64,000 bases of DNA, from positions 28,916,503 through 28,980,502 of the forward strand of contig CM120640.1 in assembly GCA_051362555.1 (NCBI GenBank). Direction: 5' to 3'. The translations under genes were made by a program, and so were the position numbers. Under the pieces are notes generated by a model. It saw only the letters and a list, made by a program, of their open reading frames with translations, was not told where the DNA came from and did not search any database. The stretch's first letter is position 1. Every line of letters starts with the position of its first letter. The DNA is from Lingula anatina (taxonomy: Eukaryota > Animalia > Brachiopoda). Of the stretch, positions 12,801-25,231 are shown in pieces.

Positions 12801-14668
12801 GATCGATCTAGATATGGGAACCCAGTCATAAACCAGAATTGTGGTTACTTACAGAAAATATACCTTGCCCTCTGCAGGCATGGCTTGCTGTCTGTAATCT
12901 AAGCCAGAGTCCAGGCAGAGCACAGAACAGTGTTTCTGAAACAGACCAACATGAAGTGTAAAAAAAGAAGGTCATGTTATTATATGTATCAACATACTCT
13001 ATCATCTAAAGCATACACCTAGTAAAAAAAATATATAAATTTTTTACATAGTGCTAAAACTGTAAAGAGATTTACTTAGAAAGACTAAACTTTAACTGTA
13101 TACCATTTTTATGATAAGGAAAAGCCTGTCTTGTGTCGCATATAATAACCTGCAAGCTTCATCATATACTCTTACTACTTGTTAAACATACCTTAAGTTC
13201 ACCAATAAAAGGAACAAAATTTCCCCTCTGAAGGCCATTTTTGTATAAATCTGAAATTGCAAACATTCATGTCTTGTTCTTTGGCTATAAGATATTTATT
13301 GAAAAAACAACCCATGATGTTATATAAAAGTCATACCACTTCTTAACACTAAATTAAGATATTTGCACACTTTTCAACATGCACACAAGTAAGCAAATAC
13401 TTACTGTATTCTTTTCTTAGTAAATAAAATTACACAAATGAATCTACATTACTGAATACTATTAAACCTGTCACTTATCGATATAACTCTAAACCATTCC
13501 CACCTACCATCTGGGTGTCTGTTTGAGGTGGCTACCACAACTACTCCACTTTCAAACATCACTGTGAACAATCTTCTAAGTATCATGGCATCTGCTATGT
13601 CTGTGACCTGAAGAAGTTGCAGTTCCACACTGACATACTTTATATTAACTAAACCTGCATCTATTTTTTTATTATTATTTTTATTTATTTATTTATTTTA
13701 ATTTTGTCTGGCAGTATGAGGTTCAAATACATTTCATAGCGAAAATCACTTTGTGTTAAAAGTACTGAAAATTATATCCATTTTTACCTTATTACAATAT
13801 GCCAGGAATATAATCTTATCCAAGTAAAAGACATATGGTGTCAACTATAAAAACCCTTCTTTTCTGATTTAGTTCTAACAGACAATAAGAAATAAACCTG
13901 AAATTCATCAAAACAGAGTAACCAGGCTTCACTTGAAATTTCCTTGGCAACTGGAAGGATGGGGTCATAGAGTTCTTTGTGGTTGCGATCTTTTGGCATG
14001 GAAGACTTAAATGCATGAATACCTGCAAGTGGGAAAATAAATTTTATTAAATGAAGAGGAAAAAAATTTTGCTTTGTGAATGAAATTCAACATAACATTT
14101 CTTTCTACTCAACAGACTGATAAGACATTTATATCATTTCTATAAACATACGAATCTGTTTATGCATATTATAATTGTTTTAGCAAAATGCACAATGTGA
14201 CAAAATAGAAATATAATTGTGCTCTTGGCCTGCTGGCCTAAAAATACTGAAATAAAGAACCTGAATTTATATATTTTGTAACTCTTTGCAGTAAGAATAT
14301 TTCTACAGAATATGTGGGATCAATATTTCTTTTTACTTATCTGACATAAGATGCAATAATATTTAGAACTAATAATTTATCAACATGACCATTTATATGT
14401 ATACAGAAGTTTTGAGATTTGTGCACCGATTTTATGGTCTAATTTTATCACAAGATCTAATGTGTCTCTGGATGACTCATGTTACTGTTTTAAGAAGAAT
14501 TTAAAAACTTTTTTATTTAAAGAATACTTTAATTTATAGCATCTTTTTAGTTTTTAAAATTTTAAGTATTCTGTTTTTAGTCTATACTGGCTTTTATTTA
14601 TCTGTGGAGTTTTTATTTTTTATGTAAACAGCGCTGAGACACATGTGTAGCGCGGTTTTAAAGAAGTG

Positions 14669-14702
<34 letters not shown>

Positions 14703-16870
14703 TTCCACATCATTTCAAAGTACCATTAAGGCAGTGTCCTTATGCTACACTGCAGAACAACATTGCGCATTAACGTCTTTTTGCAGCACATTGTGTCATG
14801 CATCTAGTGCTAGCGAGATAGCAATATAAATCGGGTTTAATTTAAATAAAGTTGCCATAGCAACAAAACTTGCAAGGTTATCTATCAGTTTTTTCTAATA
14901 TGTCTGCTACATGTATTGAAGACAAAGTGTAACAGATATGAACTTTGAACTTACTTCATCTGTGAAGAACATTGAAAATATATGCAAAAACAATTAAATT
15001 TCCCATAGGGTTGTATGGTAAATGAATCCAAAGTTCAAATCACCATAACAACAAAACTTACAAGGATACCTATCAATTTTTTAACCTTAATATGGAAACA
15101 AAAGTGTCACCTTTGCAAGTAAAAAACTTAAGAAAAATCTTTCGGACAGAAACATCATAGGGGCATTACGTTAAGCTTTTTTACCATTTAATTCAGTTAC
15201 TTAAAACCAGAATAACTTACGTTTGTGGACATCTAACATGAAAGAATGAAAGTGTACTCTTTTCTTCTTTTCTAATTCACACTCTGCGTGAAACAGGTCC
15301 ATCAACATTGTTTTACCACAGCCTAAATAAATAACATTACTGACATGAAGAAAAAAAATGGTTAAGAAATGATGACATCTTATCATATACAAAAACCTGG
15401 TACACTTCAAATTTTATGAAAAATAATTTTTATGAACATAAGACCAATTTCTGTTTAAGGGGAGAGCATATAACATAAAACATTTTCATTACCTTCAACA
15501 TACATCTATTTATAATACAACATTTAATGTTCATCCGGGCCATCCCACTTCAGTCCAGTGAACAGAAAAAAAGTTGTCTATACTGTCCTTTAAATATTAG
15601 ATCAAATTAATTATCAAAATCTGTAGAATATTTCTATTCATTTTAGTTCAAGGATTACTGTAACTATAGGATATGTACAGCTTTTTCCATAGATCAAAAA
15701 ATCTTTTTATTTCACTTCAAGTTCAGAAAAAGATCAGCATAACAAAAATTAAGCCTTTTTAATAAGGTGAAAATTTGGCCATTTGGCTAAAATACAAATT
15801 GTAAGAGATGACCCCAATCAGAATATTTCTATGTTAACTTACCAACACTGCCATGTAGATATAATCCTTTTGGAGCATCTACTTTGTGTTCTTTTCCGAA
15901 TAACTGGAAAAAGTGGGAAATAAAAATATATTATGCTACATGAGCTTAATCAAATAAATAATTTCCTGTCCAACTGGATTTATGTTTATCAAGGAGAGAC
16001 TAAAATATTACAATTTTCATAACTATAAAGAGTACTAGTACTTTGATTTATCATGATATATTTCACAAATTGAGAGCACACCACATGCTATACTGTTACA
16101 CCAACATATGAAACACAAACACACATGCACACACACAAAAACAAAACCTGTTTACAACCAGCAAAACACTACCATTCAAATGAAAAATAATCTTTGAGCA
16201 GTCAGGCAAAACTCACTTTACTGAAAAACCCTGGTTCGACTGGTTGATACCCTTGTAATCTTGTATATAAAGACTGTAATTCCTTCACAATCTTCCTCTG
16301 ATAACTGTCTTCATTAAGTTTGCCTTGTTGAACCCTGTGGTCGTAAGCCAAGAGAGGTCCCTGGGCACTGTGGTCGATGCCTGGGCCCTGTGAGTGTCCA
16401 TCTATTACTGACTGACCAAGTGTAGACTGTGTAACATAAGTTTTACCTGTAAAACAAATATGCACATCATTATCCTTAGAAATGACAGAAATTGGATTTG
16501 TTTCAAAACTGCTTTACTGCATAGCATCATAATGCCTGGTAGACTGAAAACACCGAAAACGTGAGAATGGTGACATTACCAATTTCATAAGACATTATAT
16601 GAAGATTGAGTGTGAAGGGTATTGGGTATATAATATGTAAAAGAGCACCGTTTATCTTATGTAATATTAATTGTTGAAACAAGCAGACGCCACGTTTGGT
16701 TCTGTTATGAAACTTGAAAAAAAATTACATCAATGACAAACGTCGTATATAATGGCATCTATAAATAACTTACCTTGTTTAGAGAAGAATGAAATAGGAA
16801 GAATGGTTTTGCTTCTTGCATTTAGTCGTAACTTTCGACAAAGTCTACAGTGAACCAATACGTTGGCCAT
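9832..16870 (-). CDS. AFG1L: AFG1-like mitochondrial AAA ATPase (LACE1), 13 exons, ~481 aa
   Basis: Exons 16870-16774, 16446-16217, 15903-15843, 15322-15221, 14022-13898, 13607-13508, 13250-13192, 12935-12853, 12294-12224, 11713-11613, 11285-11145, 10341-10222 and 9987-9832; all introns GT-AG; total 1446 nt in frame. Walker A ([21 protein letters not shown]), Walker B ([18 protein letters not shown]), [17 protein letters not shown] and C-terminal [14 protein letters not shown] are present. The basic N-terminus resembles a mitochondrial targeting peptide. Confidence 0.95.
12596..12801. mobile_element. Foldback/MITE-like long imperfect palindrome in AFG1L intron 8
   Basis: atctctgaggggattctcgctaatttgc..ttaagtggcttagatgt..acgcctactgaagctgct (12614-12688) pairs with agcagcttcagtaggcgt..acatctaagccacttaa..gcaatttagcgagaaacccctcagagat (12710-12785), with a ~20-nt loop. 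Confidence 0.8.
14600..14700 (+). mobile_element. Probable LINE (L2-like) 3' terminus with (TTA)n tail
   Basis: tgtaaacagcgctgagacacatgtgtagcgcggttttaaag followed by (tta)~10. This resembles the gcgc..gcgc stem-loop plus short-repeat tail of L2-type 3' ends. Confidence 0.5.
14730..15170. mobile_element. Possible old non-autonomous TTAA-target DNA transposon (Kolobok-like)
   Basis: TTAA on both sides (14726-14729, 15171-15174). Ends GGCAGTGTCCTTATG versus reverse complement CGTAATGCCCCTATG (10/15 match). Internal GTTGCCATAGCAAC at 14851. Confidence 0.35.
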
Positions 16871-18727
16871 AATTCCATCCTCTTTGTGTTGTGTACGTCA
16901 TCGTTTCTTGTGCACTTTGGAAAACTCCACGCATAAGCCTCTTTCTCGTTCATACTGCCCAAATACGCAAAGTGAAATCATGAGATTTAGCCATGGTAAA
17001 GCTGGGATTACAATATATTTTGTTTGATTTTTTATTTGGTGATTGGATCGATTTTAAAAATTATTCCAATGTGTAAATACACAAAAATGTATTGAAAAAA
17101 ATATTCTGAGGTCCTCATTAGTTTTCTAACTCTATCAGAAACTGGTAGTCCTACACTTCCAAGCCGCATAAAGAGACCTTTTTTTCGTTACTCAACTTGA
17201 TAAGAGAAACATTACCTGCATTCTTAATATTTCATTTTTCGCCCGCAATTGCAGGAAATCGACAGGAAAAATTGGGATGATCAAAGATAATATTCAAATT
17301 AAAAAAGAATTATATAAAAGTAAAGGATTTTGTGTTGATAACTGGGTATTTATTAGAAAGAAATATTTGCCTCTGACCTATTTTACAGGAATTTCAGTAA
17401 AATAATTAACAATATGAAAGAAATATACTTAATTTAATCTTAAATGTGTAAAATAAAATTCCTTCAAGGAAAAGTTGACACATTTTGATTTTTTCTTATC
17501 ATATAGGCCCTACTTACCAGTAGGCCTGCAGCATATCAAGCATTTATTCAAAATAATTATTATAACATAAAAGAAAAAAAACTCATTTTCTTTTGCATAC
17601 TTAATGCCTCAGCGACTAAGCTTAACCATTATCAGCAAACAAAAAAAAACCCAAAAATTAAATAAAAATAAATGAAACAATAGAAAAAATAAAAAAAAAA
17701 AAAAACAGTAAGAGGAAAGCAAAGTAAGGGAATTGTAAATGAGTTCCATTTACAGATTGGGTATGGTTATAGTTCTTACATTAAGCTATACTTTCTTTTT
17801 AGTACGTTATTCAAATGATATGTTTCAACAGTATAAGTTGACAGCTTCAAGGTGAAAAGCGAAAAGTAGGTACACCTAGATTTCAGCCTGCTATCAAAAC
17901 GTGGTGAGATAAGGAATTTAGTACACTACAATTTATCAACATTCCCCCCGAGTCAAACAGACTAATCCTTTGAGGTAGTGAGTCTGTTGACAGATTTCAA
18001 TCAATGTAACTATTAGGGTCAATTGAAAAACTTAAAACGGGTGTTACACGTAGGCAGGATGGCGTGAAACTGGTGACTTTTTTGGTAGTGTTGCGCCTAT
18101 GTGAGTATATTTTTTATCTTATCATTTTGACTGCATACATCGTTCACCAGGCAAAATCTGCGTTTGTCTTGATTAATACATTTAAGATAGGCCTGTTTAA
18201 GAAGTCTCATTAAGTTATAGTCCGCTGTCCGGTTTTGGGGACAAATGCTGTCAGTCAAATATGTAGACCCATACTAGTTGAACGTGCGTCTAGCAGTACC
18301 TTGACTGAGAACGGTACAAAGACTCTTGCCGTTAAAAGAGAACCGTGGTCCTTTTCTGATTTAAGATCCACCTCCCTAGAATTATATCAAGAAGAAGTGC
18401 AATGCTGCGGCATGTTTTTGCATGATCAGATATGATCCAAATGTCACGCTTATATGAATCACTGTAAACAGTATAACCTCAAGTCTATAAAAGACTGCGC
18501 AAATGGCAATGTTAAAATATACATGAGTTTCTATGCAAATCATGAGAATTATGCTGTATAGTGGTACACCCTCGTCTATTATTTACAATATATTTCCATT
18601 TTATATACACCTCCTGTTGATTTTGTCGTTGCAGATCACACTTGTAGGTACACATTTTGTTCAATTTCAGTTTGAAAGTCAGAAGAAAGAGAGGAGTTCA
18701 TAAAGCATTTGTCGTTCAGGGCTAACG

Positions 18728-21700
18728 ATGTCCGTAGCGTATATTTTCCTGGTCCTTCTTATTACCTTTTTGGCTCCAGTGTATTCACAAGATGCATGCG
18801 TCACCGATTTTCAAACAGGCAAAAGGATCTTGGTTGTAAATGGCGTCATACCTCTGGAAAACACGGCTGCTCAAGACCTTGCCAGCTGTAAGGGAGCTTG
18901 CTGTGGTAGGCAAGGTGGGTATACATATTCTTAATTCGTACTCTGGACAACATATTGCGTCGACCGTTAGGGGCTGGGCAAGTTATAAATTTAAACTACA
19001 CAATTTCTACAATTTGATAATCATTTGATAATCAAGCGAAAGTATTTAGCAGAATTGTAAAAAATACACGTTACGTTATTTTCTGGATAATGGTAACACC
19101 TCAGTACGTGTATAAAAGCCAGTAAGCTGGATAATGCATGAAAAAACAACATTGTGTTCAGTCACAACATTGTGCTAAGTCCAGTGTTTAGAGTACTCAA
19201 GGGAAGAATTACTGGCACAAAATACTAATGAAATGTATGTTTTCCCTTGGTGCCTAATGACAGATTTAACACCTTATTTACCCAGTCAAAATTAGGCACC
19301 AGACGAGTTTTTTTTTAAATGTTTCGATCGAGATTTTTTAACATATCTCTTCACAAAGAGCATACGTACGAAGTTTCGAAATTCTAAATTTTGTTTACAC
19401 CCGGTGAAGTATAGATATTTTAATGGCATTTCTATGCGTTCCACACCGCTCCCTAGACCCCCCCCCCCCTTCTTATGGTCATATAACTGTCAGGCGACAT
19501 ATTTTGATTTTTCACTCATTATTTCAAATAGCTCTATGCTTGGAAGTTACTCCTTAATACCCCCAAAACATAAATGTAATCATAAAACAAAGCAAAAATT
19601 ACATTGAAAAAGGTTCCATTAATTATAAAAGTCATTTTTTGTCTATAAATAATAACACTTGCTTTGTATTAATGTGAAAATACGCCCCCGTTCCTTTGGT
19701 TTTCAAAGTTCAACTTCATATATTGGATGATGGAATGTCCACGGATGACTCAGATGATTTACCAAATGCGCAGTAGTAGACGTGGAATCTGCATGCAGTA
19801 GCAAATACCTACCAGCATTTGATCTGTTTTAATTATTTACCTGAACATTCATGATCAGCAAGCAAACGTTCCACATTTTATCATGTACGTTTACAAGAAC
19901 GATACTAGAAATAAAAAGTATGCTTCAGTTATGACATAATCTTAAGAATATGTCTAACAATACAGGCCCGTAGCCAGCAATTTCAAAGGGGGGGTTCTTT
20001 TTCTGAAAAAGTGGACCTTTTACCATCTAATCCCCATGTACCTAGGTCAAATTTTACACAGAGTGGACCTTTTTCCAGCAAAAAGGGGGAATCTTTCGAA
20101 CCCCCCGAACCCCCCCTGGCTACGGACCTGCAATATGTAAGTAAGCGTTTGTTTATTTTTAGTCAAATGAAAAACACAAAATAGGTTAAATGCAAAATCA
20201 ATTTGCAATTTAACAAGTTCAGTCATTTAGGGCATGACCTTTTGTATCTATTTTATGCGTAAATTTAATTCTGAATTTGATTGTCACTGACCAAAAATGA
20301 AAATTTTGACGAGTAACAATTTAACAAGATCACTTGATTTACGTATGACCTGTTGTGTTTTTTCGTAATTTTTATGCGTAAATCTTAATTCTAAATTCAA
20401 ATTTCACGGATATCTTATTTCTTTTAAAGACTGTTCTGCCGCCGTTTACAATCCCACTTCCGAGATGTCAGAAAACCAGTGCATTCTGTATCAGTGCCCC
20501 ACGAATGGGTGTCAAGGTGCCATCAACGAGGCGGAAACTAGTGACGTCATCACAATACTTAGACAACAAGGTAACTTACGAAATCAGCACTTTTAATTAA
20601 TGAATACGTGTTTTGCCATGTCAAGCACAATTTTCAATATCTAAAGATTACGGGTGCATGAAGTTCTTACTTTGTGGTGAAGGGGGAAAAAGGAGTTTTG
20701 AAGGAAAGCAGAAAAGAGGTTTCTTAAATTTCAGTGACAAAGAAGCGCGCTTCATGTAACAACTTATTGATCAGTGTAATTTTGAACCAAGGAATAAACA
20801 TGCCATATACAGGTGTATATCCAATTTCTGATTTTCAATTGTGCATGACCAAAATAAACTTCCCATGTTTAATTTTCATAGCGAGCACCACTACAACATC
20901 TTCCTCTCCTGCACAGCAAGAACCTACAACACCTTACCCGATACCACCACTTCCAGTGGCCACAAATGAGTCCAATTCAGTTCCAACACCCACAGTTTCA
21001 CCTCCTGTTCCTGAACCAAATCCTACACCGTCCAATACAGCTGCTCCATCCTCTGTCAGTGTCCAAGGAGTTCCCTCTTCCACGAATCAAATAACACCCA
21101 GTCCTCCAACAGTCATAAACAATAGAACCTCACCGCAGCAGACACAAACCTTGACACCTATGACTGGGGGACAGCCTGCAATAGCGGGAACAACAAACAC
21201 TTCCTCAACAGGTGTGACTCCTCCAGTAGGAAGCCCAACAGCAACCCAAACCTCCATTGCCAGCGACCAAGGAAACGGTCCATCAACCGCACCACCAGTC
21301 CAGACGGCAACAAATGGCACCACGGCAGTTGTTCAAACAGCTCAGGCGACTACTACTACCACTGCAATGACGGTGAACCCAGCAGCCTCGCCAACAGCCC
21401 AAAATGACACTGCTAATAGTCCAACAGTCCAGACTGGCATAACAAACAGCCCAACAGGCGCGCCAACATCCCAGGCTGGCACAACAAACGGTCCAACAGG
21501 CGCGCCAACAGCCCAGGCTGGCACAACAAACGGCCCAACAGGCGCGCCAACAGCCCAGGCTGGCACAACAAACAGCGCCACAGGAGCGCCAACAGCCCAA
21601 ACTGGTCCAACCAGCAATCCGACAGGAGTGTCAACAACTCAAACTGCTGGCACAACAGAAAGAAGAACTACATGGTGGTGGCCTTCTACCACTGGGGGGA

Positions 21701-22599
21701 CGGGCACTACTTGGAGCACACTGCCTTGGGATATTTGGGGTGCTGTTACTGATGGAACGACAGGTAAATGTCCTTTGCTTTCGTGGTTTTAGTCACCCTC
21801 GTGTGGACTTTGAATTAAAATTGTCTCGGGTTCAAAACGTGGCATCAAAAGACTTGAAACGATTTTATTAATTGTTGTTATTAATTGCTATTGGGAGTGG
21901 CTAATAATTGTTTTTATTATTTATGTTGCTGCTTCTTAATTTTATTTAATGGCATAAGTTATTTACATATATTTTTGCAACTTATGTCAGTTTTGATGTT
22001 AAAAAATCTAATTCGTTATTGGAATGGGGTTATGATTCATAGGCTAAATGTGTAAGTCACAAATACATCAAGATAGTTTGTTTTTATGGGCCAGGGTATA
22101 TATTCATTTTTGGTATGGATGTGCTGTTAATTTGTTTCTTATTCGCTTCACCATTTATACGAATTGACCCGGTTCTTTCTTGTCAACCATAATTGAATGT
22201 TACTATGAAATATGTACAGTAACTTTCCTTTAACTCAATCAATCACAAAATTTCACGTTTGAAATTATCGTTTTCATTTGTACTCTACATTTTTATACAG
22301 CCACAACTATGAGCTGGGGGTTTGTCAACACAAACACGCCAACACCAGCACCGCCACCGAGTACAACTGGTAATTCTGTTGCAAATGAGGGATCGGAAGA
22401 GAGCAACGTAGGGTATATCGACGACGGGCACGACACAAGTGCCATGACGGGTGCCCTGGTCATCGCAACTATTTTTGGAATATTATTTGTGGTAGTGGTA
22501 ATTGGAATCATCGTCAAGAAAGTCCGCGACAGCTATAGGAAAAGGAATTATAGACGAGTTGACGATATGATGGACGATATGTACGACGGGACCCCATGA
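18728..22599 (+). CDS. MANSC/MANEC-domain mucin-like type I membrane protein (MANSC1/C11orf24-like), ~502 aa
   Basis: Exons 18728-18914, 20430-20570, 20882-21763 and 22301-22599; all introns phase 1 GT-AG; total 1509 nt. Signal peptide, then an 8-Cys N-terminal domain (C..SCKGACCGRQDCSAAVY..NQCILYQCP..GC), a Thr/Pro/Ser stalk, a TM helix (GALVIATIFGILFVVVVIGIIV) and a short tail DSYRKRNYRRVDDMMDDMY. A likely 5'UTR donor lies at 18101. Confidence 0.8.
19963..20130. mobile_element. 168-bp MITE with CAGG termini and 5-bp TSD (hAT5-like)
   Basis: TIR CAGGCCCGTAGCCAG / CTGGCTACGGACCTG (14/15 match). CAATA is duplicated at 19958-19962 and 20131-20135. gtggacctttt occurs twice internally. Confidence 0.85.
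20206..20400. repeat. Diverged ~110-bp direct duplication in an intron
   Basis: caatttaacaag..atgacct..ttttatgcgtaaat..taattct occurs at ~20206-20275 and again at ~20317-20395. Confidence 0.6.
21440..21620 (+). repeat. Coding 42-bp minisatellite (TNGPTGAPTAQAGT x ~4) in the mucin-like stalk
   Basis: acaaacggtccaacaggcgcgccaacagcccaggctggcaca repeated with few substitutions. Confidence 0.9.
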
Positions 22600-23758
22600 C
22601 TATATGGCAGCAAGGGGAGCGAATATGATGAATATGATGAACTTCTTCATTAGAAACTGACTTATTCTAAACATTTATTGCGCGGCAGTTAATACGTGTA
22701 CACGAATATAGATGGTACTGTGACTAAAAAGGTAGCTGAGACCACGTGTTTCGCAGCAAAGTTGTATATAAACTGTTTATGATCTGTGATACAGCTTCTT
22801 TCAGTGCTTTGTGTGTTAGTTTCTGTGGCATAACTGTGCTTATCAATAGACATGTCAATCTACGTTAACGTTCCGTAAAGGTAGCTTCTCTGGGTAAAAA
22901 ATGTTATGTTGCATTTAAATGAGAGGTAACGTTAATTTCACGAACCTAGACAATTCCTGAAGTGAAATTAAACACCGGGTCTTCCTTTTGTAGATATGGT
23001 TAATATAACGACGACTACATACAACGCATATCATATTTATGTCATATTTATATCATGCATTAAATTAATAATAAAAATATATTAGTCGGTGGCTATATGC
23101 ATGTATTAAATGTGATGGAGGATAAAATTTGTCTTTCCATGTAGTTTATCTTTCTTTCTACATATTTATTCATTTATTTTATTTACTTTTCTTCATCTTT
23201 GGCCACGAGGCGAAATTGCTTGTATGACGTCAACGTCTATTTGTACAAGCTAACGCGCACATAGATACAGTAAGCTGGTGACAGGTGCATCTAAATTATA
23301 AATAAAAGTGTAAATCACTTAAGACTTGTCAGCTATTAGCTGTAGATTATTGGGCTTAGTATTTAGTCTAGAACTATCGAACTTAATTGAAGAATTAAGG
23401 GGGAAAATAAAAAAAAATTATGAAAGAATTGCACAGAGAAATGCATAGCCTATGTAATATTTCGATACAGTATACACAAAAGTAAAAAAAATCTGCACAG
23501 CTGTAGCGGTATGTTTGTGAGGCTCTGCGCCAAGGGGACTTTACTCCTCTTCACAGGTTTTCCACAAATTCGTTTTCTGAGGTCCAGGTCCAGAGGGAAG
23601 GGGGGTGATAAGGTCTTAAAGAATAGAGAGGGATGCAGAACGATTTCAAAATTATATTTCTCCGCCAATCTGCAGGATTTTAAAGGACGAACAGACTTCT
23701 AAATGTGAGCAGACGATGCTCCTTGGTGCGTCATTAAAGATGATGTCACCGCCATGTG

Positions 23759-23876
23759 AATGCAAATAAGACGGCTGACCTCCGCGATTACTCTCTAGAT
23801 TGCTCACAATGGTAAACAAATGCAAATAAGACGGCTGACCTCCGCGATTACTCTCTAGATTGCTCACAATGGTAAA
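23759..23876. repeat. Tandem duplication, 60-bp period, 2 copies
   Basis: aatgcaaataagacggctgacctccgcgattactctctagattgctcacaatggtaaa is identical at 23759 and 23819. Confidence 0.95.
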
Positions 23877-25231
23877 AACAGCGCGTGTCCATCAACTGAG
23901 GGAGTCCATAAATTGGCAAGGAATAAAGAAACAAACGTACATTCATGTTAAATGGGACAATTGTTTATAATTGGATGTGGGAAATTTTTCTTGAAATTGG
24001 CCAATATCAAAAATCATCTTTAAATATTCATTAAATTTTTACATGTTGTTCAATTAAAGGAAACGCTAATAACCATTCTACATTATTCACAGAGAAAGAT
24101 ATGGTACGGAATAGTAATAAAAACCATTTACGGTACTAGTATAAGGTGACTTTGTTTCGGAGGTTGAAAAACCTAACCTTGGAAATAGAAGTAAAACTAT
24201 CAGAACTTGAGGCCCACGTTTAGTTTTATTTAGGCCTTCGTAAAACTGTCTGCTGGTGTCTCTCGTGGATTAACAGCGAGAAGGAATTACGTGTGAAGAT
24301 TTACACAAACCCTAGTGCGGTATTAACGCGCCCCGCGCGACTTCACGAAAATCCCAAAGGTCAGCTAATAAGGGCTTGCAAGCACGAGAAAAGAAGATAA
24401 GATGATGTAAATAATGATGTTGACTTCCCACCGCTCGATAGAGGTGTCCTTCAGGTGCAAGAACCAATTTTGGTATCAAACCGATTGTATGATGGGAGTC
24501 GCCCTCAGAACACGCGTGACTAGAGTCACAAAGACCGCGAACACGGTTCTCTGGTGGTGGAACTCGTAACTTAGATTATCGGGAATTATGCCCTAGGGTT
24601 TCACTTAATACAAGCAGATGATTTGCCCTATTTCTGTTTCAGTTACAAGTACTGGCTGACCTAGCCCAGATTGTATGATACAGTTGGTCTTCATGCAGGT
24701 TTAAACCAGAAATGATGTGGGCTTTATGAGTACTCAGTTTGAACAATCGTAACAAACTTAATTAAGAAGAAAGATGAAGTCATTAATGCTACCACAGTGT
24801 CGTTTACTTCCTTGGTTTCCTAACGATCAGCCGTTGCCATAATTACCCTAAACCAGGCCCCTTTACTTGTTATAGCAGTGTGATGGTGAATAAAAGACGT
24901 CGTGTGATTGGCCCTATGACGCAATCTATTTTGCATACATATACCTCACTTGTTATCCAGCCGAAATAATGCCAAATGTCTGTAAACTACACCAGAAAAA
25001 TATCACTGGACCTAGAAATGGGTGAATTAGAATCATCATACAGGGGCTCCTTAAGTAAGCTGATCATATGGACGCAGAGCAATATTGTGCATCTCTGCTC
25101 CTACATTTAAAAACTTATAGGAAAGATACTGCACTGGTAGATGCCCAGGATCGAACGAGAGGCAGATCGATCCACGCTTTATCTGTTCTGGCATTTTGCA
25201 AACGAGAAAAAAATAGAGAGGACCAACAAGG

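Noticed and set aside
21087-21655. Cys/Trp-rich periodic antisense ORFs (e.g. CWRACWAVCCASLG repeats)
   Set aside because: Reverse-strand translations of the 42-bp coding repeat of the MANSC-like gene.
23759-23876. Possible CRISPR-like repeat
   Set aside because: Only two adjacent copies with no spacers, in a eukaryotic context.
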